DNA of 64,000 nt from Thermoanaerobaculia bacterium (GCA_036402955.1 DASWRX010000316.1:4996-68995); one strand, 5' to 3'; shown: positions 37,870-47,025, counted from the first letter of the stretch. The notes: generated from the sequence alone by a model not told the origin. A program made the numbers and translations.

Positions 37870-40047
37870 TCAATGGCCTCCCGCCACCACGAACGGCGCG
37901 CTGCTGGCGGCGACCGCGCCGCCCGCGCCGGTGACCGTGACGCGCAGGAGGTAGCCCCCCGGCGGCAGGTGGGGCGGCCGGAAGGCCGCCACCAGGCGGT
38001 CCGGCCCGCCGGCGCTCGCCGCCTCCCGCTGGATGATCCGCACCGCGCCGTTGCCGACCTCCTTGCCGTCGGGGGTGAGCACCTGCGCCGACGCCCGGAG
38101 GTCGCCGGCGCCGAGGTCGTAGCCCACCAGCGCCATCGGCGCCTCGCGCCCCTCGGCGAGCGCCGGCCGCGACGCCGGCACGTAGGGCTGCTGGCGGGCC
38201 ATGAACGGGTAGTCCACCTGCGGCCCGCGGGCAGCCTCGCGCACGATCATCCAGCGGCCGGCCGCCGGGTCGGGGAACAGCGCGGGCAGCAGCGCCGGCC
38301 CCTTGCCGAAGGCCGGCACCGTCACCGTGGCGACGCGCAGGCTGAAGCCGCCGGTGACACCATTGCGCACCAGCGTGCGCACCGAGTAGTCGCCCGGCGG
38401 CAGGTCGAGGTGGCCGAAGAACTTGAGCCCCCCCTGCCGCAGCGCCGGCGCGGCCTTGGCGAGGTCGAGCCCGAGCGACTGGTAGAGGAAGTCCTGGATG
38501 GCGCCGCCGACGTCGAGGGCGTAGGCGTAGACCTCGACCGGCAGGGTCCCTCCGGCGTCCCTGCCGGCGAGCAGCGCCGGACCGTCCGCCTCGATCAGCA
38601 CCGGCACGTAGGCTCGCTCACCGGCGGCGCGGAAAGGGGCGGCGAGCACGGCGCCGGGGATCCCTCCCGCCTCCTCGCCGCCCATCAGCCGCGAGGAGGC
38701 CTCGAACAACTTCTCCAGCGGGTTGAGCTGCGCGTAAGCCTTGGGCGAGTAGTAGCCGGCGCGGTAGGCGACCCGGGTGCCCCGCGGCGCGTTCTTCAGC
38801 TCCACCTTGAGCTTATGGTATACGCCGGGCTTGCCCGGCTCCGGCTGGACCGCCAAGACGTAGGTCAGGCTGGTCCGCGCCAGCAGGCCGCTCATCGCCC
38901 CGGCGAGATCGTTGGAATTCTCGAACAGCTCGCCGCCGGTCCCCCGCGCCATGGCGAGGAGGGTGTCCTTGCCACCGGTCCGCGCCCCCGCCGCCTGGTC
39001 GCCGGCGGCCCGCAGGCCCCCGACGTCCACCGCCTCGATGACGCAGTCGGCGCGGCGGAACTCCTCGAGCATGCGCTCGAGCCCGTTGAGCGACTCGGAG
39101 CTGCCGAAATTCTCCTGCGAGTCGGAGAGGTAGGCCTGCTGGTTGGCCCGGTCCTGGTCGAGCGCCGACTGGGTCTGGACGTCGGCGTCGGTGCCGATGC
39201 CGAGCGAGCCGGGAGCCGCGGCGGTCCGGCCGCCGCCGGTGAGGAACGAGCTGTCGAACCCTTCGGAAAAGTAGATCACCTGCTTGCGTCCCGGCAGGCT
39301 CCCCAGCATCTGGGCGAGCTGGGCATAGGCGCGGGTCAGCGCCGTGACGGCCGCCTTCTGGACGCTGCGGCTGGACTCCTTGCCCAGGTTCGCGAGCTGT
39401 CCGCCCTGCGCGTCCAGCAGCTCGTTGGTGCGCGCCAGGTCGGCCTCCTGCGAGCGTTCGGCGAGCTGGGGCTGCCCGCCCCCCGCGCCGGCCCGCGCCA
39501 TCACCAGCCGCAGGGGGTCGGAGGCGCGGTCGTCGCGCACCGCTCCGAGCGAGTCGAGGGCCGCGTCCACCTGCCGCCGGTCGGAGGTGAAGCCGAGCAC
39601 GATCTGCGGGCCGCGCGCCGCGCTGTAGGTCGCCACCCCCACCAGGTCCCCCGGCCGGATCCCCTTGAGCACCAGGCCGCGGGCCGCCTCGCGCGCTGCG
39701 GCCACCGAGCGGGCGCCGGAGAAGGCGAGGTCGAAGAGCAGCAGGAACTGCCGGCGGCCGGAGAGGGGCAGGGCCGCCCGGCCGGCGCCCGCTGGGACGG
39801 CGAGGTCGACGGCGTGGAAGCCGGCGACCGGCAGCTTCCGGCGCCCCTCGGAGACCTCGAAGTCGTTCGCGGTCAGGCCGCGGACCGGCTGGCCGTCCCG
39901 GACTACCTGGACGGGGATCTCGACCTCCACGACGTCCGTCGAGCCGGCGAACGTGCCGGACGTCTGGGCGGCGGCGGGCGGTAAGGCGGTGAAAGACAGC
40001 GCAGCCAGGGTGGCGCAGAGCCACGCGAGCGGCTTCGGGTGCGGCAT
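37870..40047 (-). CDS. secreted VWA-domain protein (paralog 3)
   Basis: Same architecture. Signal peptide MPHPKPLAWLCATLAALSFTALPPAAAQ. SD GGAGGGG. Confidence 0.8.
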   Translation of the reverse strand: MPHPKPLAWLCATLAALSFTALPPAAAQTSGTFAGSTDVVEVEIPVQVVRDGQPVRGLTANDFEVSEGRRKLPVAGFHAVDLAVPAGAGRAALPLSGRRQFLLLFDLAFSGARSVAAAREAARGLVLKGIRPGDLVGVATYSAARGPQIVLGFTSDRRQVDAALDSLGAVRDDRASDPLRLVMARAGAGGGQPQLAERSQEADLARTNELLDAQGGQLANLGKESSRSVQKAAVTALTRAYAQLAQMLGSLPGRKQVIYFSEGFDSSFLTGGGRTAAAPGSLGIGTDADVQTQSALDQDRANQQAYLSDSQENFGSSESLNGLERMLEEFRRADCVIEAVDVGGLRAAGDQAAGARTGGKDTLLAMARGTGGELFENSNDLAGAMSGLLARTSLTYVLAVQPEPGKPGVYHKLKVELKNAPRGTRVAYRAGYYSPKAYAQLNPLEKLFEASSRLMGGEEAGGIPGAVLAAPFRAAGERAYVPVLIEADGPALLAGRDAGGTLPVEVYAYALDVGGAIQDFLYQSLGLDLAKAAPALRQGGLKFFGHLDLPPGDYSVRTLVRNGVTGGFSLRVATVTVPAFGKGPALLPALFPDPAAGRWMIVREAARGPQVDYPFMARQQPYVPASRPALAEGREAPMALVGYDLGAGDLRASAQVLTPDGKEVGNGAVRIIQREAASAGGPDRLVAAFRPPHLPPGGYLLRVTVTGAGGAVAASSAPFVVAGGH

Positions 40048-40159
40048 GGGTCCCCTCCATCCGGGACGGCTCGCCGGCCCGGGAACGCCCTCGCTTCGGG
40101 GTCAGCTCAAACGGCAGATCAGAACCACAAGTCCCTCGACGATTTCCCTCAATAAGATA

Positions 40160-42373
40160 TCAGCGCTCGACCTGGAAGGGTAGGGAGTTCGTCTGCTGAT
40201 GTCCGGTCACCGGATCGGTGACCGCCACTTTGAGGACGTAATCCCCGGCATTGAGTCCCGCCGGATCGAAGGTGGCGACCAGCTTGTCCAGCCCCTGGAT
40301 GCCGGTCGCCGTCCGCTCGACGTTCTCCAGCTTGCCGGCCGGGGAGAGCTTGCCGTCGGCCGCAACCACCTTGCCATCGACGTGGACCGCCCCCTTGCCC
40401 AAGTTGTAGGCCACCAGGCAGAGGCGGGCGGGCTTGGGGCCGTGCAGCACCGGCCGGGCGGCGGGGACGTATGGCTCGCCCGACACGGTGAACGGATAGA
40501 TGACCGACCCCTGCAGCGTGTTGGCCCCCTGCTCGCGCACCATCAGCCACTTCTGGTGCTCCTCCATGAAGAACGGCGGGAGCAGGACCGGCTGGGCCTG
40601 GTCGTAGGTGGGCACGGTCACCCGCATCGTCTGGACGCCGGTGCGCCCGGTCTCGGCGTTGCGCACCAGCACGCGCACGTTGTAGGCGCCGGGCTGCAGG
40701 TCGAAGTGGCCGTAATACTTGATGCCGCCCTCCAGCAGGGCCTGGCGACTCTTGCCCTTGTCGAGGTCGAGCGCCACCCGCTGGGTGAAGAAATCGCGCA
40801 TCTGCCCCTGGAGGTCGCTGACGTAGGTGTAGAACTCGACGTCTATCTTCTTGCCCGTGTGGCCGTTGAGCAGGCTCTTGCCGCCGGCCTCGATGATCAC
40901 CGGCACGTAGGCCCGCTGCGGCGTGGCGCGGAACGCGGCGGAGAGGACGTCGAGATCGATCTCCCGCCTCGGCGTGGCGCTGGCGATGCCGTCCGAGGCG
41001 AGCAGGTTCTTCTCCAGCGCGTCGAGCTGCTTGAAGGGCCGCGGCGCGTAGTAGCCGGTGCGGTGGGCCAGGTGGGCCCCCGCCGGCAGCTTCAGCGCCT
41101 TGACCCGCAGCCGGTGGTAGCCGCCGTCGAGCTTGAGGTCCGACCGCTCGAAGGTCAGCAGGTAGGTGACGCTGGTGCGCTCGAGCACCCGGTCGAGCGG
41201 CTCGCGCAGGTTGTTGGCGTCCTTGAACAGCTCGCCGCCGGTCTCGTTGGCGATGTAGAACAGGGCCCCCTGGCCGTCCGGGCGGGCTCGCTCGTCGGCG
41301 CCGGCCCGCAGGCCGCCGATGTCGACCGCCTGGATGACGCAGTCGGCGCGGCGGAACTCGTCGAGCATCCGCTTGAGGTCTCCCTGCAGGCCGGTGTTGC
41401 CGAAGCGCTGGTCGTTGTCGACCTTCCAGATCTCGCCGAACTCGGCGCTGAGGTTATCGTCCACCGCGTCTTGATCGGTGGTGTTGCGGCCGAGCAGCAG
41501 CCGGCTGTCGAACCCCTCGGAAAAGAAGAGGACCTGCTTGCGCCCCTGCACGGAGTTGAGCGCGCGCGCCACCTGTGCGAGCGAGCGCGAGTAGCTGGAG
41601 ATACGGCCCACCTCGTACGAGCGGTCGCTGCGCGCGGCGGCGAAGGCGATCGTCTGCAGGTAGTCGTAGAGCACCTGCTCCTTCTGCTGCCGGATGTCGA
41701 CATTGCGCTGGCTGCCGCTCCCCGCCCCCTCGAGTTCGATGGCCGAGCCGAGCTGCTCGGTCGCCGGCGGCTCGATCATGAAACGGAGCGGATCGTTCTT
41801 GGCCTCGGCGTCGAGGGCGCGGTGATAGCCGAGGGTGTCGATCGCCCGCGCGAGCTGCGCCCGGTCGGGGGTGAAAGTGATGATCAGCTTGGGGCCGTTC
41901 TCCAGCGAGTAGGTGGCGACCGCCGCGAGGTCCTCCGGGTGGAGCGAGTGGAGGACGAAGTCGCGCGCCGCCAGGCGCGCCTTGAGGATCGCCGTCGGCG
42001 AGGAGAACGACAGGTCGAACAGGAACAGGAAGCGGCGGCGGGCCGCCGAGGGGATGTCCACCGGCGGGCGACTGGAGGCCGGGGCGGGGGTCGCCTCGCC
42101 GGCCTGCGCCTCGAGCGTCTTGAGATCCACCACCTCGAAGGAGGTGATCTTCTGCCGCTCGTTGCCGTCGTAGACCTCGAAGTCGTCGGCGGTGAGCCCG
42201 CGTACCGGCTCGCCGTCACGGCCGACGACGTTGACCGGGACCTCCACCGCGACCACCTGCGAGGTGCCCTCGAACGTCTGGGCCCGGGCCGGCGGCGGCG
42301 CCACCGCCGCGAAAGCGAGGAGCGGAAGGAGAAGGCTCGTCGGGAGAGGGCGGAAAGGTGACAACGCGCGCAT
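40160..42373 (-). CDS. secreted VWA-domain protein (paralog 4)
   Basis: Same architecture. Trimmed from the 1177-aa ORF to ATG 42373 (MRALSPFRPLPTSLLLPLLAFAAVA, SD AAGGAG). Confidence 0.8.
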   Translation of the reverse strand: MRALSPFRPLPTSLLLPLLAFAAVAPPPARAQTFEGTSQVVAVEVPVNVVGRDGEPVRGLTADDFEVYDGNERQKITSFEVVDLKTLEAQAGEATPAPASSRPPVDIPSAARRRFLFLFDLSFSSPTAILKARLAARDFVLHSLHPEDLAAVATYSLENGPKLIITFTPDRAQLARAIDTLGYHRALDAEAKNDPLRFMIEPPATEQLGSAIELEGAGSGSQRNVDIRQQKEQVLYDYLQTIAFAAARSDRSYEVGRISSYSRSLAQVARALNSVQGRKQVLFFSEGFDSRLLLGRNTTDQDAVDDNLSAEFGEIWKVDNDQRFGNTGLQGDLKRMLDEFRRADCVIQAVDIGGLRAGADERARPDGQGALFYIANETGGELFKDANNLREPLDRVLERTSVTYLLTFERSDLKLDGGYHRLRVKALKLPAGAHLAHRTGYYAPRPFKQLDALEKNLLASDGIASATPRREIDLDVLSAAFRATPQRAYVPVIIEAGGKSLLNGHTGKKIDVEFYTYVSDLQGQMRDFFTQRVALDLDKGKSRQALLEGGIKYYGHFDLQPGAYNVRVLVRNAETGRTGVQTMRVTVPTYDQAQPVLLPPFFMEEHQKWLMVREQGANTLQGSVIYPFTVSGEPYVPAARPVLHGPKPARLCLVAYNLGKGAVHVDGKVVAADGKLSPAGKLENVERTATGIQGLDKLVATFDPAGLNAGDYVLKVAVTDPVTGHQQTNSLPFQVER

Positions 42374-42420
42374 CGCGAACTCCTTGATCCGGCCGCTTCG
42401 AACGGCCCTGTGCTTCTGTC

Positions 42421-43530
42421 TCACCGGCCCAGCATGCGGGCGTAGTGGAGGGCGTCCTGGTTGGTGGCGTCCAGCTTCAGGGCCCGCGACAGGTAGTGCC
42501 GCGCCTTCTCCATGTCGCCCAGCGCGAGATAGACCTTGACGAAACCGAGGTGGACCTCGGGCAGCTCGCTGTCGAGGCGGAGGGCGCGCACCATGTAGTC
42601 GAGGGCCTTGTCGCCGTCTCCCCGAGCGAGCGCCACCTCTCCCTCGTAGACGAAGAAGAACGGGTTGGTGGTGTTCTCCGCCTCCACCTTCGCCAGCAAC
42701 CGGTTCGCCTCGTCGGCGCGGCCGAGCTCCTGGAGGGCGCGCGCCATGTTGACCAGCAGGGTCGAGTTGTCCGGGCTGATCTGGAGCCCCCGCTGGTAGG
42801 TCTCGATCGCCTTCTGCGGCTCGCCGCCGCGCGCCTGGACCACCCCGAGATTGTTGATCGCCTTGTCGAACCGTGGCGCGATCCGGGTGGCGGTGGTCAG
42901 CAGCTCGCGGGCGCGGGCGAGGTCGCCGCCGAGCAGCGCCTCGGCGCCGAGGTTGTTGTAGTAGTGCGCCGCGGCCGTCAGGTCGTCGATCGGGTTGAAC
43001 TCCTTGTAGGTCTTCTGCCGGTAGGGGATGAAGTCGAAGGGGCGCAGCACGCCGTCGATGTACATGCCGGCGACGATGTGCCCCTGGCTGACCACCATCC
43101 CCTCGCGGTGGTTCCACTTCTGGAGGTCGGTCACCTCCACATAGTAGGGACTGAGGCCCAGCTCCCGCGCCACCCCCACGAACAGGTTGACGAAGGAGAG
43201 GCAGTTGCCGGAGCGGGTGCGGTAGGTGGCGACCGCGTCCTTGGTGGGCGTCAGCGAGTACTGGAGCTGCAGGCCGTCGAAGATGAAGTCGTTGACCTGG
43301 TTGACCCGGCGCAGCTCGCTCGAGAGCTTCGGCAGCTTCTGCAGCGAGCCGCGGATGGTGTCGTCGAGCTCGAAGGGGACCTCGACCCGGGCCGCCTCCT
43401 GGGCACCGATCTCGCGGGCGTACTGCTGGCGCAGGTAGCCCACCGAATCGAACGGTTTGTACTCGGTGCAGCCCGCCGCGAGCAGGGCCGCGGCGAGGAG
43501 GGTCGCGCGGGCGGTACCTCGGTTCATCAC
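42421..43530 (-). CDS. lipoprotein with transglutaminase-like cysteine-protease core and C-terminal TPR repeats
   Basis: Lipobox LLAAGC. Cys-His-Asp arrangement (SGNCLSFVNLF ... GHIVAGMY ... PFDF) as in the transglutaminase core. At least 4 TPR-like repeats follow. Confidence 0.72.
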   Translation of the reverse strand: MMNRGTARATLLAAALLAAGCTEYKPFDSVGYLRQQYAREIGAQEAARVEVPFELDDTIRGSLQKLPKLSSELRRVNQVNDFIFDGLQLQYSLTPTKDAVATYRTRSGNCLSFVNLFVGVARELGLSPYYVEVTDLQKWNHREGMVVSQGHIVAGMYIDGVLRPFDFIPYRQKTYKEFNPIDDLTAAAHYYNNLGAEALLGGDLARARELLTTATRIAPRFDKAINNLGVVQARGGEPQKAIETYQRGLQISPDNSTLLVNMARALQELGRADEANRLLAKVEAENTTNPFFFVYEGEVALARGDGDKALDYMVRALRLDSELPEVHLGFVKVYLALGDMEKARHYLSRALKLDATNQDALHYARMLGR

Positions 43531-43540
43531 GAGTCAATAT

Positions 43541-43556
43541 AGCAGGGAATGTGCCA
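43541..43556 (-). promoter_or_regulatory. candidate sigma-54 (-24/-12) promoter facing the lipoprotein/VWA operon
   Basis: Minus strand reads TGGCAC-ATTCC-CTGCT, with GG and GC at canonical spacing. No SD lies between it and the GTGATG start. Confidence 0.42.
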
Positions 43557-43655
43557 TGGGCGCGCTGGCCGCCCTGAGCCCCGCCTCCATAGGGAGAGCG
43601 CCGCGCCGGACGGCCCGCCCCGCTCGCGGTCCTCCAAAACCTTGGATCGATCTCG

Positions 43656-43672
43656 TTCAACGAATTGAATTC
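43656..43672. promoter_or_regulatory. AT-rich overlapping palindromes (TTCAA-CGAA-TTGAA / GAATTGAATTC) midway between the two sigma-54 matches
   Basis: Read from the sequence. It lies about 100 nt from each candidate promoter, which suits an activator or IHF site. Confidence 0.3.
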
Positions 43673-43764
43673 CGCCTTGCCCCGCTCCGCCACCCGGCGC
43701 GGTCCCTTGCCATAAGGTATGATCCTTCAGCCACTTACGCCGGCCCGCGAATCCCTCCGCCGAG

Positions 43765-43780
43765 TGGCACTCCACTTGCT
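43765..43780 (+). promoter_or_regulatory. candidate sigma-54 (-24/-12) promoter facing the TonB-dependent receptor operon
   Basis: TGGCAC-TCCAC-TTGCT is an exact match to TGGCAC-N5-TTGCW. It lies about 180 nt upstream of the receptor ATG. Confidence 0.6.
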
Positions 43781-43881
43781 TGACCCAGGGTCGATCCGTT
43801 GGCTAGAGTTCTCAGGCCAACTCATACCGGGTCTCGGAACGGAAAGGGGGTGTTGCTGGACACTGCATCACAGTCACTGCG

Positions 43882-43926
43882 CTTTCATGATTTTTCCCAT
43901 GAAGCCACCGCGGCCTCTCGCGGTGG
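43882..43926 (+). promoter_or_regulatory. two adjacent stem-loops in the receptor 5' leader
   Basis: CTTTCATG..CCATGAAG (imperfect) followed by a perfect 8-bp stem CCACCGCG-gcctct-CGCGGTGG. Confidence 0.3.
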
Positions 43927-43959
43927 GCTTACCAACCACCAAACGGGAGGTTTATCAAG

Positions 43960-46900
43960 ATGAAGAACATCCATTCCTGGGGACGGATCGTGGCCGTTGC
44001 CGCGTTGCTGTTGCTGGCCGTCGGCGGAGCCGCCTTCGCCCAGTTGCAGACCGGCAGCCTCTACGGCACCGTCACCGACGACAAGGGAGCGGCGCTCCCC
44101 GGCGTCACCGTGACCTTAGGGGGCCAGGCGGCTCCGCAGGTGCAGGTCACGAACGCCCAGGGGCAGTTCCGTTTCCTGAGCCTCAGCCCGGGCAACTACA
44201 GCCTGAAGGCTGAGCTCGAGGGATTCTCGACCATCGATTACCCGAACATCGTGATCAACATCGGCCGCAACACCCAGATCGAGGTGAAGCTGTCGGCGGC
44301 CGTCGAGGACGTCATCACCGTCACGGCGGAGAGCCCGCTGCTGGACGAGCGCCGCGTTTCGACCGGCGCCACGGTCAGCCAGACCGAGCTCGAGAAGATC
44401 CCGACCTCGCGTGATCCCTGGGCGATCCTGCAGACGACCCCGGGCGTGCTCACGGACCGTATCAACGTGGGCGGCAACGAGAGCGGCCAGCAGGCGAACT
44501 ACGTGGGCCCCGGCGCGGGCGGCGATCAGGCCGTCTGGGCCGTGGACGGCGTGGTGATCACCGACATGGCGGCCCTCGGCTCGTCTCCGGCCTACTACGA
44601 CTTCGACGCGTTCGAAGAGATGCAGGTCACGACGGGCGGCTCGGACACCACGACGGCCACCCCCGGCGTCGTGCTCAACATGGTGACGAAGCGCGGCACC
44701 AACGAGTGGCGCGGCTCCGGCCGTTACTACGACACCGACAAGGCCTGGCAGGCGAAGACCAACATCGACAACAGCGAGCTCGATCACGGTGGCTCGTACA
44801 ATGGCAACCATCCCCAGACGGTGATCAAGCAGGGCAACCGCATCGTCAAGGTCCAGGACTACGGCGCCGAGCTCGGTGGCCCGATCGTCAAGGACCGCCT
44901 GTGGATCTGGGGCTCCTACGGCCGCCAGAAGGTCGACCTGCTGACCATCGCCAACGTCGGCGACCACACCGACCTCAAGACCATCAACGGCAAGCTGAAC
45001 GCGCAGATCGCCGCCAGCAACTCGGCGACGGCCTTCGTGCTCAACAGCGACAAGGTCAAGATCGGCCGCAACGCCGGCCCGACCCGGCCCCAGGAGACCA
45101 CCTGGAACCAGGGCCACTTCGGCTCCAAGCCGACCGCCGCGAAGATCGAGGACACCCACATCTTCAGCTCCAGCCTGTACGTGACGGGGCTCGCCTCGCT
45201 CGTCAACGGCGGCTTTGAGCTCGTCCCCCAGGGCGGTCTCGCGGTCACTCCGTTCCTCGATTCCGGGGGCGTGTGGCACAACACGTTCCTCATCAACACC
45301 ACCACGCGGCCGCAGAAGCAGTACAAGGTCGACGCCTCCGACTTCTTCAACACGGGGAGCCTCTCCCACGAGCTGAAGTTCGGCGCCGGCTACCGTCAGG
45401 CCGACGTGACCTCGTTCACCCGTTGGGGTGGCGCGGGCATCGAGCTCGACAAGGCGTTCTGGTTCACCGGCTTCAACCTCCTCGAGCTGGCGCGCGACGC
45501 CGGCCCGAAGGTGCAGAACACCTACAAGAACGGCTACCTGCAGGACACCATGACCGTGGGCAACCTCACGGCCAACGTGGGCGTACGGTATGACGTGCAG
45601 GGCGGCACCAACCTAGCTCGCACGGTTGCGGCCAGCTCCCTGCTGCCGACCGTCCTGCCCTCGGTCTCCGTGCCGCAGTCGGACATCGGCTTCGAGTGGA
45701 AGAGCCTGACGCCGCGTATCGGCCTCACCTACGCTCTCGGCGCCGAGCGCAAGACCCTGCTGCGGGCGAGCTACTCGCGCTTCGCGGACCAGTTGGGCTC
45801 GGGCACCTCGTCCTGGCTCAACCCGCTGGGCACGATCAGCTACGCCTACTTCGACACCACCAACCCCGGCAACGGGAACATCACCCCCGGCCAGATCGGG
45901 AACTTCTACGGGTACAGCGGCAACGTCAACCCGAACAACGGCCTCCTGCTGCAGTCCAACGCGCTCAGCTCCCACCTGTCGGCCCCCAAGACAGACGAGG
46001 TGCTGCTCGGCGTCGAGCACGCTCTGCTGCCGGAGTTCGTGGTGGGTCTCGACCTGACCTACCGCCACTACTTCGACATCCTGGATGCCCAGCGTCTGGT
46101 GTTCGACGGCAACCCGTACTCGACGGCGAACCTGAACTCCACCGGCCGCATCAACCAGGCGTCGGACTACGTGCCCTGCACCGATCCGTCGGTCCAGGCC
46201 AACCTGCAGTCCCCCTGCCCGGTCGGCACGCTGCCGGGCGGCCAGGCCTACAACGCTCCCTACTACGTCCTGCGCAATGGTGTCGCCACCCGCAACGGTG
46301 CGTACCTCTACAACGGCGGTAAGGAGCAGCAGTACAAGGGCGCTTCGATCGTCTTCAACAAGCGTCTCGCCAACCGCTGGATGCTGCGTGGCAACGTGAC
46401 CTACTCCGACTGGACGTGGAGCAAGGTTCCGGCCTCCTCGCGGATCGATCCCACCCCGCTCCTCGGCGGCGGCAATCGCGAAGGCGACGCCGTTCTCCAG
46501 GGCTCGGGCACGGCTTCGGGCGCCAAGGCCGGCGTCTACATCAGCGGCAAGTGGGCCTACAGCGTCAACGGCCTGTATCAGATCGCTCCCGACCGTCCGT
46601 GGGGCTTCAACTTCGCCATCAACGCCAACGGTCGCCAGGGCTATCCGGTCCCGTACTACAAGCGCGTCATTCTGCCGGCCAACATGCAGAGCGTCTACGA
46701 GTACGTGCAGGCCACCAACCGTCCCGACTCCTTCCGTCTGGACAACATCAACATCCTCGACGCCCGCCTGGAGAAGGAATTCAACTTCAGCGACGTCGGC
46801 CTGACCCTTGGCGTGGACTGCTTCAACGTCTTCAACAAGGGCTTCGTCCAGCAGCGCCAGCACCGCCTCGGCCTGACGACCGGCTCCGCCGCGTCGAACT

Positions 46901-46962
46901 ACGTGACCGAGGTCACCAGCCCGCGGATCTTCCGCATCGGCGCCCGTCTCAGCTTCCGTTGA
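43960..46962 (+). CDS. TonB-dependent receptor-like outer membrane protein with N-terminal carboxypeptidase-regulatory-like domain
   Basis: Signal peptide; GSLYGTVTDDKGAALPGVTVTL (CarboxypepD_reg); plug-like TVSQTELEKIPTSRDPWAILQTTPGV; long beta-barrel ending RIGARLSFR. SD GGGAGG. Confidence 0.82.
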   Translation: MKNIHSWGRIVAVAALLLLAVGGAAFAQLQTGSLYGTVTDDKGAALPGVTVTLGGQAAPQVQVTNAQGQFRFLSLSPGNYSLKAELEGFSTIDYPNIVINIGRNTQIEVKLSAAVEDVITVTAESPLLDERRVSTGATVSQTELEKIPTSRDPWAILQTTPGVLTDRINVGGNESGQQANYVGPGAGGDQAVWAVDGVVITDMAALGSSPAYYDFDAFEEMQVTTGGSDTTTATPGVVLNMVTKRGTNEWRGSGRYYDTDKAWQAKTNIDNSELDHGGSYNGNHPQTVIKQGNRIVKVQDYGAELGGPIVKDRLWIWGSYGRQKVDLLTIANVGDHTDLKTINGKLNAQIAASNSATAFVLNSDKVKIGRNAGPTRPQETTWNQGHFGSKPTAAKIEDTHIFSSSLYVTGLASLVNGGFELVPQGGLAVTPFLDSGGVWHNTFLINTTTRPQKQYKVDASDFFNTGSLSHELKFGAGYRQADVTSFTRWGGAGIELDKAFWFTGFNLLELARDAGPKVQNTYKNGYLQDTMTVGNLTANVGVRYDVQGGTNLARTVAASSLLPTVLPSVSVPQSDIGFEWKSLTPRIGLTYALGAERKTLLRASYSRFADQLGSGTSSWLNPLGTISYAYFDTTNPGNGNITPGQIGNFYGYSGNVNPNNGLLLQSNALSSHLSAPKTDEVLLGVEHALLPEFVVGLDLTYRHYFDILDAQRLVFDGNPYSTANLNSTGRINQASDYVPCTDPSVQANLQSPCPVGTLPGGQAYNAPYYVLRNGVATRNGAYLYNGGKEQQYKGASIVFNKRLANRWMLRGNVTYSDWTWSKVPASSRIDPTPLLGGGNREGDAVLQGSGTASGAKAGVYISGKWAYSVNGLYQIAPDRPWGFNFAINANGRQGYPVPYYKRVILPANMQSVYEYVQATNRPDSFRLDNINILDARLEKEFNFSDVGLTLGVDCFNVFNKGFVQQRQHRLGLTTGSAASNYVTEVTSPRIFRIGARLSFR

Positions 46963-46993
46963 TCCGGTAGCTTCGGATCGACCGCATCGATTT

Positions 46994-47025
46994 CCGCCGG
47001 GGGGCGACTCCCGGCGGTTTTTTTT
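46994..47025 (+). terminator. rho-independent terminator
   Basis: CCGCCGGG-gggcgact-CCCGGCGG followed by TTTTTTTT, 30 nt after the receptor stop. Confidence 0.78.

Noticed and set aside
33322-42361. Long plus-strand ORFs (33322-34983, 36521-37852, 37873-39984, 40199-42361) mirroring the VWA genes
   Set aside because: Each lies antisense to a VWA paralog that has a signal peptide, an SD and a conserved architecture. The antisense products are low-complexity (G/R/A/E/L/V runs) with no domains. The fact that they recur simply reflects the paralogy of the sense genes.
40160-43693. Single 1177-aa ORF suggesting a giant fusion protein
   Set aside because: Its first ~440 codons are an Arg/Pro/Gly-rich alternate frame overlapping the genuine TGase/TPR lipoprotein gene (42421-43530). 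The real VWA paralog begins at ATG 42373, with an SD and a signal peptide.
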